DNA from: an uncultured Pirellulales bacterium
Lineage (GTDB): Bacteria > Planctomycetota > Phycisphaerae > Sedimentisphaerales > SM23-30
DNA: 42,126 nt
Assembly: GCA_964582655.1 (NCBI GenBank)
Contig: CAZOTP010000001.1
Coordinates: 1 to 42,126, forward strand
Direction: 5' to 3'
Below, one piece after another: positions 8,589 to 17,297 of the stretch (its first letter is position 1; the number at the start of each line of letters is the position of its first letter). The translations under genes were made by a program, and so were the position numbers. The notes under the pieces are model-generated. The model was not told the origin of the DNA and did not search any database. It saw only the letters and a list, made by a program, of their open reading frames with translations.

Positions 8589-9806
8589 ATGAGACGAACC
8601 GCCCTGATTTTGACAGTTGCACTGCTGGGCCTGGCGGGATGCCAGAGCACCCACCAGGCGAACAAGAAAGCGGCGCTGGAGCGATGGCAGAACGCCCGGT
8701 CGCAGATGTCGCTGGACATGGCCCGGCAGCAGTTTCAGACGGGGGAACTGGACAAAGCCCTGCAATCGGCGCTTCGTGCGCTGGAGCTGGGACCGGAGAA
8801 CACCGATGCGCTGGTTCTTCTGGCGCAGATTTCGCTGGAGCAGAACCAGCCGGGTCAGGCGGAGAAATATCTTCAGAAATGCCTGGATCTGAATCCCCGG
8901 CAGGCGGCGGCGCATTATCACCTGGCGACGGTGTATCAAAGCTGGGGGGACGCCGAGGCGGCGGCGGAGCATTACCGAAAGGCGTACGAGCTGAAGCCGG
9001 AATCCCCGGCGTATCTGCAGGGGGTGGTGGAATCGATGGTTCAGCAGAAGAAGACGCGGGAGGCGCTGGATCTGCTGCTTTCGAGCATGAGCAGGATCGA
9101 GCGTCATTCGGCGCTGTATTCGCTGGCGGGGAATCTGTATTCCGCGCTGGGCGACGAGCCGAGCGCGTCGAAGATGTACCGGCAGGCGATTCATATGGAC
9201 CCGCAGAAGGCGATGCTGTACGAGCTGCTGGCGTATTCACTGCACCGGCAGGGTCTGTATCAGCAGGCGCTGGACGAATTGGAGCAGCGCGCGGGGGTAG
9301 CAACCCCGGAGACGGGGGGAACGGAAAGCCTGGCGTGCTTGGCGGTGCAGGCGGACTGCTATTTTCAGCTTCAGCAGTACCACAAGGCCCAGCGGACGCT
9401 GGAGCAGTTGACGCAGCAGGATCCGCGAAACACGGCGGCGTGGAAGCAGCTGGCGCAGACGGCGCTGGCGCGCAACGACTATGCCAAGGCCCAGAGCTGG
9501 ATTCAGCGGTCTTTGACGCTGGAGCCGGAACAGACGGACGGACGATTTCTCCTGGGGTATGCGCTGCTGAAGCAGCAGCAATACGAGGCGGCGGCGGCGG
9601 AATTCCGGAAGGTGATCGAGCAGCAGCCGGACCACGCTTTAGCGCACTGCTGTCTGGGTCAGGCGTATCAGGGACTGGGGCAGCCGGATCGGGCGCGAGA
9701 ATCGTACCAGCGGGCGCTGGAGCTGAATCCGCAGGATGCGCTTTCGCAGAAACTGCACGATTCGCTGAAGGCAGACGGAATCCAGGTCAGTCAGGCGACG
9801 CCCTGA
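8589..9806 (+). CDS. TPR-repeat lipoprotein (candidate secretin pilotin/assembly factor, PilF/PilW-like)
   Basis: AGGAGG lies upstream. Lipobox LLGLAG|CQS. At least 8 TPR-like 34-aa units are seen, e.g. ALDMARQQFQTGELDKALQSALRALELGPEN and AHCCLGQAYQGLGQPDRARESYQRALELNPQD. Confidence 0.85.
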   Translation: MRRTALILTVALLGLAGCQSTHQANKKAALERWQNARSQMSLDMARQQFQTGELDKALQSALRALELGPENTDALVLLAQISLEQNQPGQAEKYLQKCLDLNPRQAAAHYHLATVYQSWGDAEAAAEHYRKAYELKPESPAYLQGVVESMVQQKKTREALDLLLSSMSRIERHSALYSLAGNLYSALGDEPSASKMYRQAIHMDPQKAMLYELLAYSLHRQGLYQQALDELEQRAGVATPETGGTESLACLAVQADCYFQLQQYHKAQRTLEQLTQQDPRNTAAWKQLAQTALARNDYAKAQSWIQRSLTLEPEQTDGRFLLGYALLKQQQYEAAAAEFRKVIEQQPDHALAHCCLGQAYQGLGQPDRARESYQRALELNPQDALSQKLHDSLKADGIQVSQATP

Positions 9807-9887
9807 GGGGCGCGCCGAGCGGACCGGATGTGACGGATTGGGCCCTGGCCGGGCGGCCGGGCGAAACGGTACCTCAGGAGGTGCTTC

Positions 9888-11417
9888 TTGATATTGGCGC
9901 GACGCTGCATACTGGTGCTGGTCATTCTGACGGCATTGACCGGAAGCGTCACGTATTTCGTCACGGAACCGGGACTCTGGGGGGTGTCCGCGGGAACGGG
10001 GCGGAGTCTGGGGTGGGCGGCGTTTGCCCTAATGACGGTTCTGAGCGGGCTGCTGACCGCGATTCTCTGGAAAGGGCTTTCGGCGTCGGTGGAGGGGATT
10101 CGCCAGCAGCTTTTGCATTTTGAGCGGGAAACCCGGATCGGGATGATCATGGTGGACCCGGAGGACGACCTGGCGGGACTGGCGGGGGGAATCAATCAGT
10201 ACCTCACCTCCATCAAGGACCGGTTCGATTCCGCGCGAATTCAGCAAAAAGAGCTGGAGATTCAGGCGTCGGCGGCGGAGGCGGAGCGGCAGCAACTGGA
10301 AACAGTGATCTACAGCATTTCCGAAGCGGTACTGGTGACGGATGAATACGATGAGCTGGTGATGGCGAATTCGGCGGCGGGGGAACTGTTTCAATTCACG
10401 AACGCGCCGGAGGAGCGTCGTCCCCTCGAGGAGATTATCCACAACCCGACCCTGATTCAGTGGATTCGCAAGACGCGTCAGAGCCAGGCGCGGCATTCCT
10501 GCCAGATGCTGGAGATGCCGGAGCCCGGCGGGGAGAAGGTTTTGAATCTGCAGGTGGTGCTTTCGGCGGTGCAGGATTCCTCGCGGCAGTCGGCGGGCGT
10601 GGTGGTGGTCATCCACGATTTGACGCGGGAAAAAGAGCTGGCGGGGATGAAAAACGACCTGGTGAGCAGCGTTTCACACGAGCTGAAGACGCCTCTGTCG
10701 AGCATTCACGCCTACGCGGAGATGCTGGCGGACAACGAAGCGGGAAACGAGAAGGACCGTGTGGAGTTTTGCCAGATCATCCAGGAGCAGGCGCAGCGTC
10801 TGAACCGTCTGATCGACAACATCCTGAACATTTCGCGGATCGAGTCGGGGCTCTTGCAGGTTTCGTACATTCGTCTGGATCCGGCGGATCTGATCCGGGA
10901 GGTGGCGGTGACGATGCAGCCTCAGGCGAAGGAGAAGAAGATCGAACTAGTTTTGGAAACGGATCGGGGGCCGGCCTTCATCTGGGCGGACCGGGATATG
11001 CTGTTTCAGGCGTTGATGAATCTGGTGAGCAACGCGATCAAATATTCGTCCTGTCAGGGGACGGTGCGGATCCGGTCGTATTGGGCGGGTCAGGATACGG
11101 CGGCGATAGAGGTGGAGGATCACGGGATTGGGATTCCGGCGGAGCATCAGGGGAAGATTTTCGATAAATTTTACCGGGTTCCGCTGCATGAGACGTTTTC
11201 AGCGGGGACGGGTCTGGGGCTGAGCCTGGTGCGTCAGATTGTGGAGGACGTTCATGCGGGGACGATCACGCTTCGGAGCGAGCCGGGCCGCGGGAGCACG
11301 TTTACCATGACCCTGCCGGCGCAGGGGCGGCGGCCGGCAAAGCCGGAAGCGCGGAGACAACTTTCCCAATCCAGAGGAAACCGAGATTATGTCGAAGCAA
11401 AAAATTCTCGTGATTGA
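9888..11417 (+). CDS. Sensor histidine kinase (2 TM, coiled coil, PAS-like, HisKA, HATPase_c)
   Basis: TTG start at 9888, 6 nt after AGGAGG (9876-9881). H-box SHELKTPLSSIHAYAEML, N-box LMNLVSNAIKYS, G-boxes EDHGIGIP and GTGLGLSLV. Two N-terminal hydrophobic helices. Confidence 0.9.
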   Translation: MILARRCILVLVILTALTGSVTYFVTEPGLWGVSAGTGRSLGWAAFALMTVLSGLLTAILWKGLSASVEGIRQQLLHFERETRIGMIMVDPEDDLAGLAGGINQYLTSIKDRFDSARIQQKELEIQASAAEAERQQLETVIYSISEAVLVTDEYDELVMANSAAGELFQFTNAPEERRPLEEIIHNPTLIQWIRKTRQSQARHSCQMLEMPEPGGEKVLNLQVVLSAVQDSSRQSAGVVVVIHDLTREKELAGMKNDLVSSVSHELKTPLSSIHAYAEMLADNEAGNEKDRVEFCQIIQEQAQRLNRLIDNILNISRIESGLLQVSYIRLDPADLIREVAVTMQPQAKEKKIELVLETDRGPAFIWADRDMLFQALMNLVSNAIKYSSCQGTVRIRSYWAGQDTAAIEVEDHGIGIPAEHQGKIFDKFYRVPLHETFSAGTGLGLSLVRQIVEDVHAGTITLRSEPGRGSTFTMTLPAQGRRPAKPEARRQLSQSRGNRDYVEAKNSRD

Positions 11418-11790
11418 CGATGAAACGCACATCCTTCACGTGGTGTCGCTGAAGCTGCGCAACGCGGGATTCGAGGTGATTACCGCGCAGAACGGCCGCG
11501 AGGGCTATGAGCAGGCTCAGGTGGAGCGTCCCGACCTGATCATCACCGATTTTCAGATGCCTCACCTGACGGGACTGGAGCTTTGCCGGAAACTTCGTCA
11601 GAATCCGGGGACGCGGGGGATTCCGGCGGTGGTTCTGACGGCGCGGGGATTCGATCTGGAAGCGGAGGAGATGAAGAAGGCGGGGATATTGATGTGTCTG
11701 AACAAGCCGTTCAGCCCGCGGCAGATCCTCGGGCTGGTGGAACAGATTCTGGCGGCGGAAACCGCCTCTTTGCCTAACGGAAGCGCATGA
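11389..11790 (+). CDS. Single-domain response regulator (CheY-like receiver)
   Basis: ILVIDDE, DLIITDFQMPHLTG (phospho-acceptor Asp), VLTARG and KPFSP. No output domain. The start overlaps the kinase stop by 29 nt and GAGGA lies upstream. Confidence 0.9.
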   Translation: MSKQKILVIDDETHILHVVSLKLRNAGFEVITAQNGREGYEQAQVERPDLIITDFQMPHLTGLELCRKLRQNPGTRGIPAVVLTARGFDLEAEEMKKAGILMCLNKPFSPRQILGLVEQILAAETASLPNGSA

Positions 11791-13517
11791 GTTCGGCTTT
11801 ATCCACAACCGATTTTGACTTGTCGCCGGCGATCCTGAAGGCGTGCCTTGAGGTTCAGGGGCGATTGTTTGCCGGGGGGATCCCGTCGGTTCTGGTGGAT
11901 CCCGGCGGGCGGATGCTGGGGAGCCGGTTTGAGGAACCGTCCGATTCGGCGTGCCGGTCGTGCGTGGAATTGTTTCGGGAGGAGGCGGGGACGGAACCGC
12001 GCATCTCCTCGGCCGGCCTGGCGGAGCCGGCGGTACAACCGTGTTCGCAGGGTCACTATTTCGTATCGGTTCCCATCCGGCATCGAAAAGAGACCCAGGC
12101 GCATCTGGTGTGCTGCCTGAAATCGCTTCGCTACCGGAAGACGGAGACGCTCGAATCGTTCTGCGGGCGATTTGCGCTGGACAGCCAGCTGCTGGTGGAG
12201 GCGGGGCTGAAGGACGCTTTGTCGCTTCCGGCGGGGGCGGCACTGCTGGACACGCTGGCGTCGCTGGCCCTGGACCAGTCGCTCCGGCATTCCGACGCGT
12301 GCCAGGAACTGGAAGATTTAACCCACTCTCTTTCCCAAAGCTACGAGGAAATCACGCTGCTTCACCGCATCAGCGACGGGATGAAACTGACGCAGAAGCC
12401 GCAGACGTTTTTCGCGGATATCTGCGAACACATCCGGGACGTGGTTCAGACGCAGAAAATTCTGATTTTATGGAACGAGGCGGATGCGATATCGGGGATT
12501 CCGCAGGTGGTGCAGACGACGGGGGAGCCTGTTCTTTCGGGGGAGGAGCTTTTGCTGCTGTGGAGCCGCACGCGCGCGGAAACCAGCCTGCCGGCGGGGA
12601 TTCTGCGGGACAGCGCGGCGGGGAATGCCTCCTCGTGGGACTGGCCGGAATCCATCCGGAGCCTAGTGAGCATTCCGCTGCGTCGAAACGACAAGACGTT
12701 CGGGGCGCTGGCGGCGCTGAACACACTGGAGAAGCCGGACTTCGATTCGATCGACACGAAGCTACTGATTTCCGTTTCGAACGAGCTGGCGGTATATCTG
12801 GACAATTTCCGGCTGTACGGGGATTTGCAGGATCTGATGGTCGGATCGCTGCGGGCTTTGACCCGGAGCATCGACGCGAAGGATCCCTATACGTGCGGGC
12901 ATTCGGAGCGCGTGGCGATGATCGCGCGGTCGCTGGCGCAGCAGATGCACCTGTCGGCGGAACAGGTGCACGAGATTTACCTGGCGGGTCTGCTGCATGA
13001 TGTGGGGAAAATCGGGGTGAGCGAACAGGTGCTGCGGAAGCCGGGCAAGCTGCTGCCGGATGAATTTCAGCAAATCCAGAAGCATCCGCAGGTGGGAGCG
13101 AACATCTTGATGGGTTTGAAACCCATGTCGGAAGTGACGCGTGCCGTACTAACCCATCATGAGCGTTATGACGGGAAAGGGTATCCCTCGGGATTGAAAG
13201 GGAAAACAATTCCCCTGGCCGGTCGGATCGTGAAACTGGCGGACAGTTTCGACGCGATGATCAGCGCCCGGGTGTACCGGCAGGCGCTGCCTCTGGCGGC
13301 GGTTCTGGCGGAAATCCGGACGTTCAGCGGGACGCATTTCGATCCGGCGATCGCCGAGGCGTTCCTTGGCATGGACATCCCGAAACTTCTTGGGGAACTG
13401 GAGGCCATTCAGAGCGGTCCGGAAAGCGGGAATGGGGATTTGGGGAACTGGGAGAAGGGGAGCCGTTCGCCGCGTTTTTTTGCCGCCTCCAATTCCATTC
13501 ATGACAGAGCGTTATAA
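11787..13517 (+). CDS. HD-GYP domain protein with GAF-like and Cys-containing N-terminal sensor regions (putative c-di-GMP phosphodiesterase)
   Basis: ATGA overlap with the receiver gene. C-terminal motifs HSERVAMIARSLA, LAGLLHDVGKIGV and HHERYDGKGYPSGL (HD plus GYP). The central region (about aa 200-350) is GAF-like. The N-terminal 150 aa carry C-x2-C and CC motifs; a PocR-like assignment is only a guess. Confidence 0.88.
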   Translation: MSSALSTTDFDLSPAILKACLEVQGRLFAGGIPSVLVDPGGRMLGSRFEEPSDSACRSCVELFREEAGTEPRISSAGLAEPAVQPCSQGHYFVSVPIRHRKETQAHLVCCLKSLRYRKTETLESFCGRFALDSQLLVEAGLKDALSLPAGAALLDTLASLALDQSLRHSDACQELEDLTHSLSQSYEEITLLHRISDGMKLTQKPQTFFADICEHIRDVVQTQKILILWNEADAISGIPQVVQTTGEPVLSGEELLLLWSRTRAETSLPAGILRDSAAGNASSWDWPESIRSLVSIPLRRNDKTFGALAALNTLEKPDFDSIDTKLLISVSNELAVYLDNFRLYGDLQDLMVGSLRALTRSIDAKDPYTCGHSERVAMIARSLAQQMHLSAEQVHEIYLAGLLHDVGKIGVSEQVLRKPGKLLPDEFQQIQKHPQVGANILMGLKPMSEVTRAVLTHHERYDGKGYPSGLKGKTIPLAGRIVKLADSFDAMISARVYRQALPLAAVLAEIRTFSGTHFDPAIAEAFLGMDIPKLLGELEAIQSGPESGNGDLGNWEKGSRSPRFFAASNSIHDRAL

Positions 13518-13797
13518 GCCTTTATTCGGCGCGTCGGGGGCATGCGGTTTTTCGGGGAGAATTTATCAAAAATTCTTGCATATGGCATGAATCCAACTAT
13601 ACTTATCAGACTTTGACAGACGCCCTGAGATTGGCAGCTTCCGATGGGCGGGTTTGAAGGCTGGACGGGTAACTTTATGGATGCGGTCGGATTGGGCGGA
13701 CGGGACGAAGAAGGCGGCCGGAAAAACGGGTAACTTGTTGCAGCAGAGGAAGTTATCGTTTGTCGGTTTAGGCGTGGATTTCCCGCGTTTGAGCCGA

Positions 13798-13824
13798 TAT
13801 AATAGATTTTTTATAAATTTATAA
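13798..13824 (+). promoter_or_regulatory. TATAAT box plus perfect 14-bp palindrome upstream of the GH10-like gene
   Basis: TATAAT at 13798-13803. TTATAAATTTATAA (13811-13824) is its own reverse complement and ends 22 nt before the ATG at 13846. The segment is locally AT-rich in a GC-rich window. Confidence 0.3.
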
Positions 13825-13845
13825 CCGTTATAGACTTGTGTCCCG

Positions 13846-15354
13846 ATGATTCGATTTAAGGTATATAATCAGGCCAAGCCTGCCGAGAGTCTCTCCCTGA
13901 CGGGGACGTACATGTTTGCGCAGGATGAGATTCCCGTTCGGAGTCAGCTTCAGTATGCCAACGGGGAGCTGATCGGGACACGCAACAGCGAAACGGCGGC
14001 GGGGGTGGCGACGGTCTGGCCGGTGAAGGATTTCGGGGAGATTTTATTGCAGACCACGCGTCTGCCGGAGCGGTCGGCGGCGTATATTCTGAATGTGGAG
14101 CTGGCGCGGGCGAGGCTTCTGAAAATCAGCCAGAAGCGGGAAGACTGGGGCATGACGGACACCAATCTGACGGAGGACAATCACCAGTTGATCGACCAGT
14201 CGCTGGACGCGTTCGTGGATGCGTTGTGTTTTCTGGATCAACCGGAGAAAGCGTCGGTTCACGCGGACAAGTCCCTGACGCTGGCGATGCGCGCGGGGGA
14301 GGCGATGTCGCTGGCGCACGCGAAGTTTTTTCTGGACCGCCGGACCGCGACGCAGGGATTCGGGCGGCACAGTTTCGGGTGCACCTTCGATCCGAAGCGG
14401 ATCCAGGACGAGTCGTACCTGAAGGCGATCCAGGACAACTTTCATTTTGTCACGCTTCCGATCAGCTGGCGGCAGATCGAGCCGAAGGAGCAGCAGCAGG
14501 ATTTTTCGCTGATCGACGAGTGTGTCCGCTGGCTGACCAAACACCGAATCGCGATCAAGGCGGGTCCTTTAATCAGTTTCGCCCCGACGATGCTTCCGGA
14601 CTGGCTGTCGATCTTTGAAAACGATTTTGAGCAGGTTCGGGAGATGGCGTTCGAGTACGTGACGGCAGTGGTGGAGCGGTACCAGCAGAAGGTGCAGGCG
14701 TGGGACGTGGTCAGCGGCCTGAACGCGAACAATTTTTTCAAGTTCAGCTTCGATCAGATCGTGGAAATGACCCGGTCGGCGACGATGGCGGCGAAGAAGG
14801 CGGCGCACCGGGCATTGATTCTTGTGGAGATCACGGAGCCGTGGGGCGAATATTACGCGACGAACCCGCGGGCGATTCCGCCCCTGGTTTACGCGGATGT
14901 GATTTGCCAGAGCGGGGTTCGGTTTGACGGGTTCGGGATCAAAATCCGGTTCGGGCGCGGGGCAGGCGGGATGCAGACGCGCGATTTTTTGGATATCAGT
15001 TCGCTGCTGGACCGGTTCGCGTTGTTCGGCAAGCAGGTTCATCTGTCGAGCGTGGGAGTGCCGAGCCTTCCGGATCCGCGTGACAGGATCGGGAACCTGG
15101 GGAATCCGGGGTACTGGCACGAGCCGTGGTCGGAAGCGGTGCAGGCGGAATGGCTTCGGTGTTTGTATTCCATCGCACTGAGCAAGCCGTTTGTGGAGAC
15201 GATTACCTGGCAGGATCTCCTGGACGACGAGGAATCGGTCCTTCAGAACGGCGGTCTTTTGCGGAAAGACTATACGCAGAAGCCGGCGTTTGATGCGCTG
15301 GCGCATCTGAAGCGGGAGCTGATCCACACCAATCACAAAACGGCCAAGGAATAG
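13846..15354 (+). CDS. GH10-like (endo-1,4-beta-xylanase-like) TIM-barrel protein with extra N-terminal domain; probably non-canonical active site
   Basis: No signal peptide. From about aa 180 the order of GH10-like strands is recognisable: FHFVTLPISWRQIEPKE, RIAIKAGPLISF..LPDWL, VQAWDVVSGLN, GVRFDGFGIKIRFG, KQVHLSSVGVP. The assignment is by eye only. That the ORF is real is much more certain (about 0.85) than its function. Confidence 0.5.
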   Translation: MIRFKVYNQAKPAESLSLTGTYMFAQDEIPVRSQLQYANGELIGTRNSETAAGVATVWPVKDFGEILLQTTRLPERSAAYILNVELARARLLKISQKREDWGMTDTNLTEDNHQLIDQSLDAFVDALCFLDQPEKASVHADKSLTLAMRAGEAMSLAHAKFFLDRRTATQGFGRHSFGCTFDPKRIQDESYLKAIQDNFHFVTLPISWRQIEPKEQQQDFSLIDECVRWLTKHRIAIKAGPLISFAPTMLPDWLSIFENDFEQVREMAFEYVTAVVERYQQKVQAWDVVSGLNANNFFKFSFDQIVEMTRSATMAAKKAAHRALILVEITEPWGEYYATNPRAIPPLVYADVICQSGVRFDGFGIKIRFGRGAGGMQTRDFLDISSLLDRFALFGKQVHLSSVGVPSLPDPRDRIGNLGNPGYWHEPWSEAVQAEWLRCLYSIALSKPFVETITWQDLLDDEESVLQNGGLLRKDYTQKPAFDALAHLKRELIHTNHKTAKE

Positions 15355-15485
15355 GGCGTTTGGGGGAATTCCCTTTTACAGCACTGCGTGTTTAGTTCTT
15401 GATTCCCAAGGGGTTGCGCTTACAGGAAGATTCGCGGACGGCGTTCTCCCCGGATGGAGTGCTGTTTTTCGGTTTGGGGAGGGTC

Positions 15486-15514
15486 TTGTCAAAACCGGAT
15501 TTTTCCTTTAGAAT
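15486..15514 (+). promoter_or_regulatory. Near-consensus sigma-70-type promoter-like element in the 468-bp gap upstream of pntAA
   Basis: TTGTCA (15486-15491), a 17-nt spacer, then TAGAAT (15509-15514). It points toward pntAA, about 300 nt upstream of the GTG start. Confidence 0.3.
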
Positions 15515-15822
15515 CGGTCTGACATTCGGGTTCCGGTTCGTGTCGATGAGGCGGATTGGAACTTGTTTCGAAATCCGAAACATTTCTGAGCGAGGCGTTT
15601 TTTCCGTGAAACGGTTCTATAATAGTCTTTGGGGATGGATCCTCAGCGCAGCGGTAAGCCGCCGAATGCGGGCGGAGGATGCCTCGATGCGACGGATGGA
15701 GTTTGGGGGCAGTACGCAGCGGCTGGGGTTTCGGTTTACGGAGCGGCTGCGGGACGCGTGGCGCAGGCGATGGATACACAAAACCAACGATAAAACCTAA
15801 CGAACCCAAGTGAGTCTTCCGT

Positions 15823-16956
15823 GTGAAGATCCTGGTTGTCAAAGAAACGGCAGCGGAGGAAGTGCGTGCGGCGGTTCTGCCTGGGGACGCAGCGCGGCTG
15901 GTGCGTCTGGGTGCGGCGTTGGAGGTGGAGGACGGCATGGGGGAATCCATCGGGATTTCCAATTCGGAATATGAGCGAGCAGGGGCGGTTGTCTCGAAGG
16001 AGGGGCGGGGGGCGCTGGCGGGGGCGGATCTGGTGCTTCGCATAGGGGTTCCGGACCTGCCGGATCTTGCCGTTTTGCGGGAGGGGAGCATTCATATCAG
16101 CCTGATGGATCCCTTTGGGCAGGAAGCGGCGGTGCGGGAGCTGGCTAGGCGAAAGGTCAGCGGGATCAGCCTGGAGATGATTCCGCGGACGACGCTGGCG
16201 CAGAAAATGGATGTGCTCAGCAGCCAGGCGAACCTGGCGGGGTATGCCGCGGCGGTGCTGGCGGCGGAGCGGCTTGCCAAGAGTTTTCCGATGATGATGA
16301 CTCCGGCGGGCACGATTGCGCCGGCGCGGGTGTTTGTCCTTGGAGCGGGCGTAGCGGGATTGCAGGCAATTGCGACGGCGAAGCGGCTGGGGGCGAGGGT
16401 GGACGCGTTTGACATTCGGCCGGAAGCGCAGGAGCAGATTGCCTCTCTGGGGGCGAAACCTCTTCTGGTGGATCTGGGGGCCACCATGCAGACAAAAGAC
16501 GGATATGCCGGTTCGCTTTCGGAAGAGCAGCTTGGCCGGCAGCGTGAAGCCATGAGCCGGCAATGCGCGCAGTCCGACGTGGTAATCGCGACGGCGCGGG
16601 TATTCGGGAAACCGGCGCCGATCCTGGTCACCCAGGCGATGCAGGAGGGAATGAAGCCGGGGAGTGTGATCGTGGACCTGGCCGTGGAAGCGGGCGGCAA
16701 CGTGGAGGGAGTGGAGGCGGGCAAGGAGATTGTGCGGAACGGGGTGCGGATTATCGGGATACCGGAATTGTCCCGTCGCGTGCCGGTGACGGCGAGCCAG
16801 ATGTTCTCGAGCAATCTGTACCATTTTGTGGAACACTTCTGGGACAAGCAGACGGGTGGGTTTTCGCTTCGTCGGGAGGATGAAATTCTGCGGGGCTGCC
16901 TGGTTACCCACGGCGGGGAGATCGTGAATGAACGAATCCGGGAACGGTTTCGATAA
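15823..16956 (+). CDS. pntAA: NAD(P) transhydrogenase subunit alpha, part 1 (dI, NAD(H)-binding)
   Basis: GTG start. The protein has AlaDH/PNT N- and C-domains, with the Rossmann motif VFVLGAGVAGLQAIATAKRLGARVDAFDIRPE and also SLMDPFGQ and IPRTTLAQKMDVLSSQANLAGY. Confidence 0.92.
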   Translation: MKILVVKETAAEEVRAAVLPGDAARLVRLGAALEVEDGMGESIGISNSEYERAGAVVSKEGRGALAGADLVLRIGVPDLPDLAVLREGSIHISLMDPFGQEAAVRELARRKVSGISLEMIPRTTLAQKMDVLSSQANLAGYAAAVLAAERLAKSFPMMMTPAGTIAPARVFVLGAGVAGLQAIATAKRLGARVDAFDIRPEAQEQIASLGAKPLLVDLGATMQTKDGYAGSLSEEQLGRQREAMSRQCAQSDVVIATARVFGKPAPILVTQAMQEGMKPGSVIVDLAVEAGGNVEGVEAGKEIVRNGVRIIGIPELSRRVPVTASQMFSSNLYHFVEHFWDKQTGGFSLRREDEILRGCLVTHGGEIVNERIRERFR

Positions 16957-16982
16957 CCCCTACGTCCGGTCAGGAGCGTAAG

Positions 16983-17297
16983 ATGGAAATGGATCGAAGT
17001 ACACTGCCGCTGCTGTTTTTTGTGTTTGTGCTGGCGATGCTTCTGGGAGTGGAGCTGATCCGGAAAGTGCCTTCGCAGCTTCATACGCCTCTGATGTCGG
17101 GATCCAACGCGATTTCGGGCATTACGATCGTCGGGGCACTTCTGGCGTCGGGGCATCCGGCGGCGGGGCCGGCGGTGCCCGTGCTGACGACGGCGGCGAT
17201 TACCGCGGCGATGATTAATGTGGCCGGCGGGTATCTGGTGACCGACCGGATGCTGAAAATGTTTCAGAAGAAAGAAACCAAGGAGAGGAAGCCGTGA
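16983..17297 (+). CDS. pntAB: NAD(P) transhydrogenase subunit alpha, part 2 (membrane dII fragment)
   Basis: 104 aa with three hydrophobic helices and the motif LHTPLMSGSNAISGITIVGAL. Starts 26 nt after pntAA, and its stop overlaps the pntB GTG (GTGA at 17294-17297). Confidence 0.9.
   Translation: MEMDRSTLPLLFFVFVLAMLLGVELIRKVPSQLHTPLMSGSNAISGITIVGALLASGHPAAGPAVPVLTTAAITAAMINVAGGYLVTDRMLKMFQKKETKERKP

Noticed and set aside
8582-10123. Same-strand alternative-frame ORFs: 513 aa at 8582-10123, plus 647-1696 and 11951-13000.
   Set aside because: They have extreme Gly/Ala/Arg composition and overlap the TPR, uvrB and HD-GYP genes, which carry clear motifs. This is a frame artefact of G-rich coding DNA.
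13665-13736. An 11-nt direct repeat ACGGGTAACTT (13665 and 13726), and a TTGCAT-16-TATACT promoter-like element (13576-13603), upstream of the GH10-like gene.
   Set aside because: These were picked out after the fact from a short region with no supporting structure or conservation information. They are recorded only as a note.
15359-15375. The 17-mer TTGGGGGAATTCCCTTT recurs with one mismatch at 18739-18755 (TTGGGGGAATGCCCTTT). TGGGGGAAT-like copies are also at 18853 and 3692, all intergenic.
   Set aside because: My rough estimate is that a 16/17 match between any two positions in 42 kb is expected about once or more by chance. No consistent spacing to a second promoter element was found. 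I did not count it as a real repeat family.
15399-15800. A 133-aa ORF filling the gap upstream of pntAA.
   Set aside because: It has no RBS, an odd Arg/Phe/Gly-rich composition and lower local GC with promoter-like and hairpin elements. The region is more likely non-coding leader or sRNA sequence.
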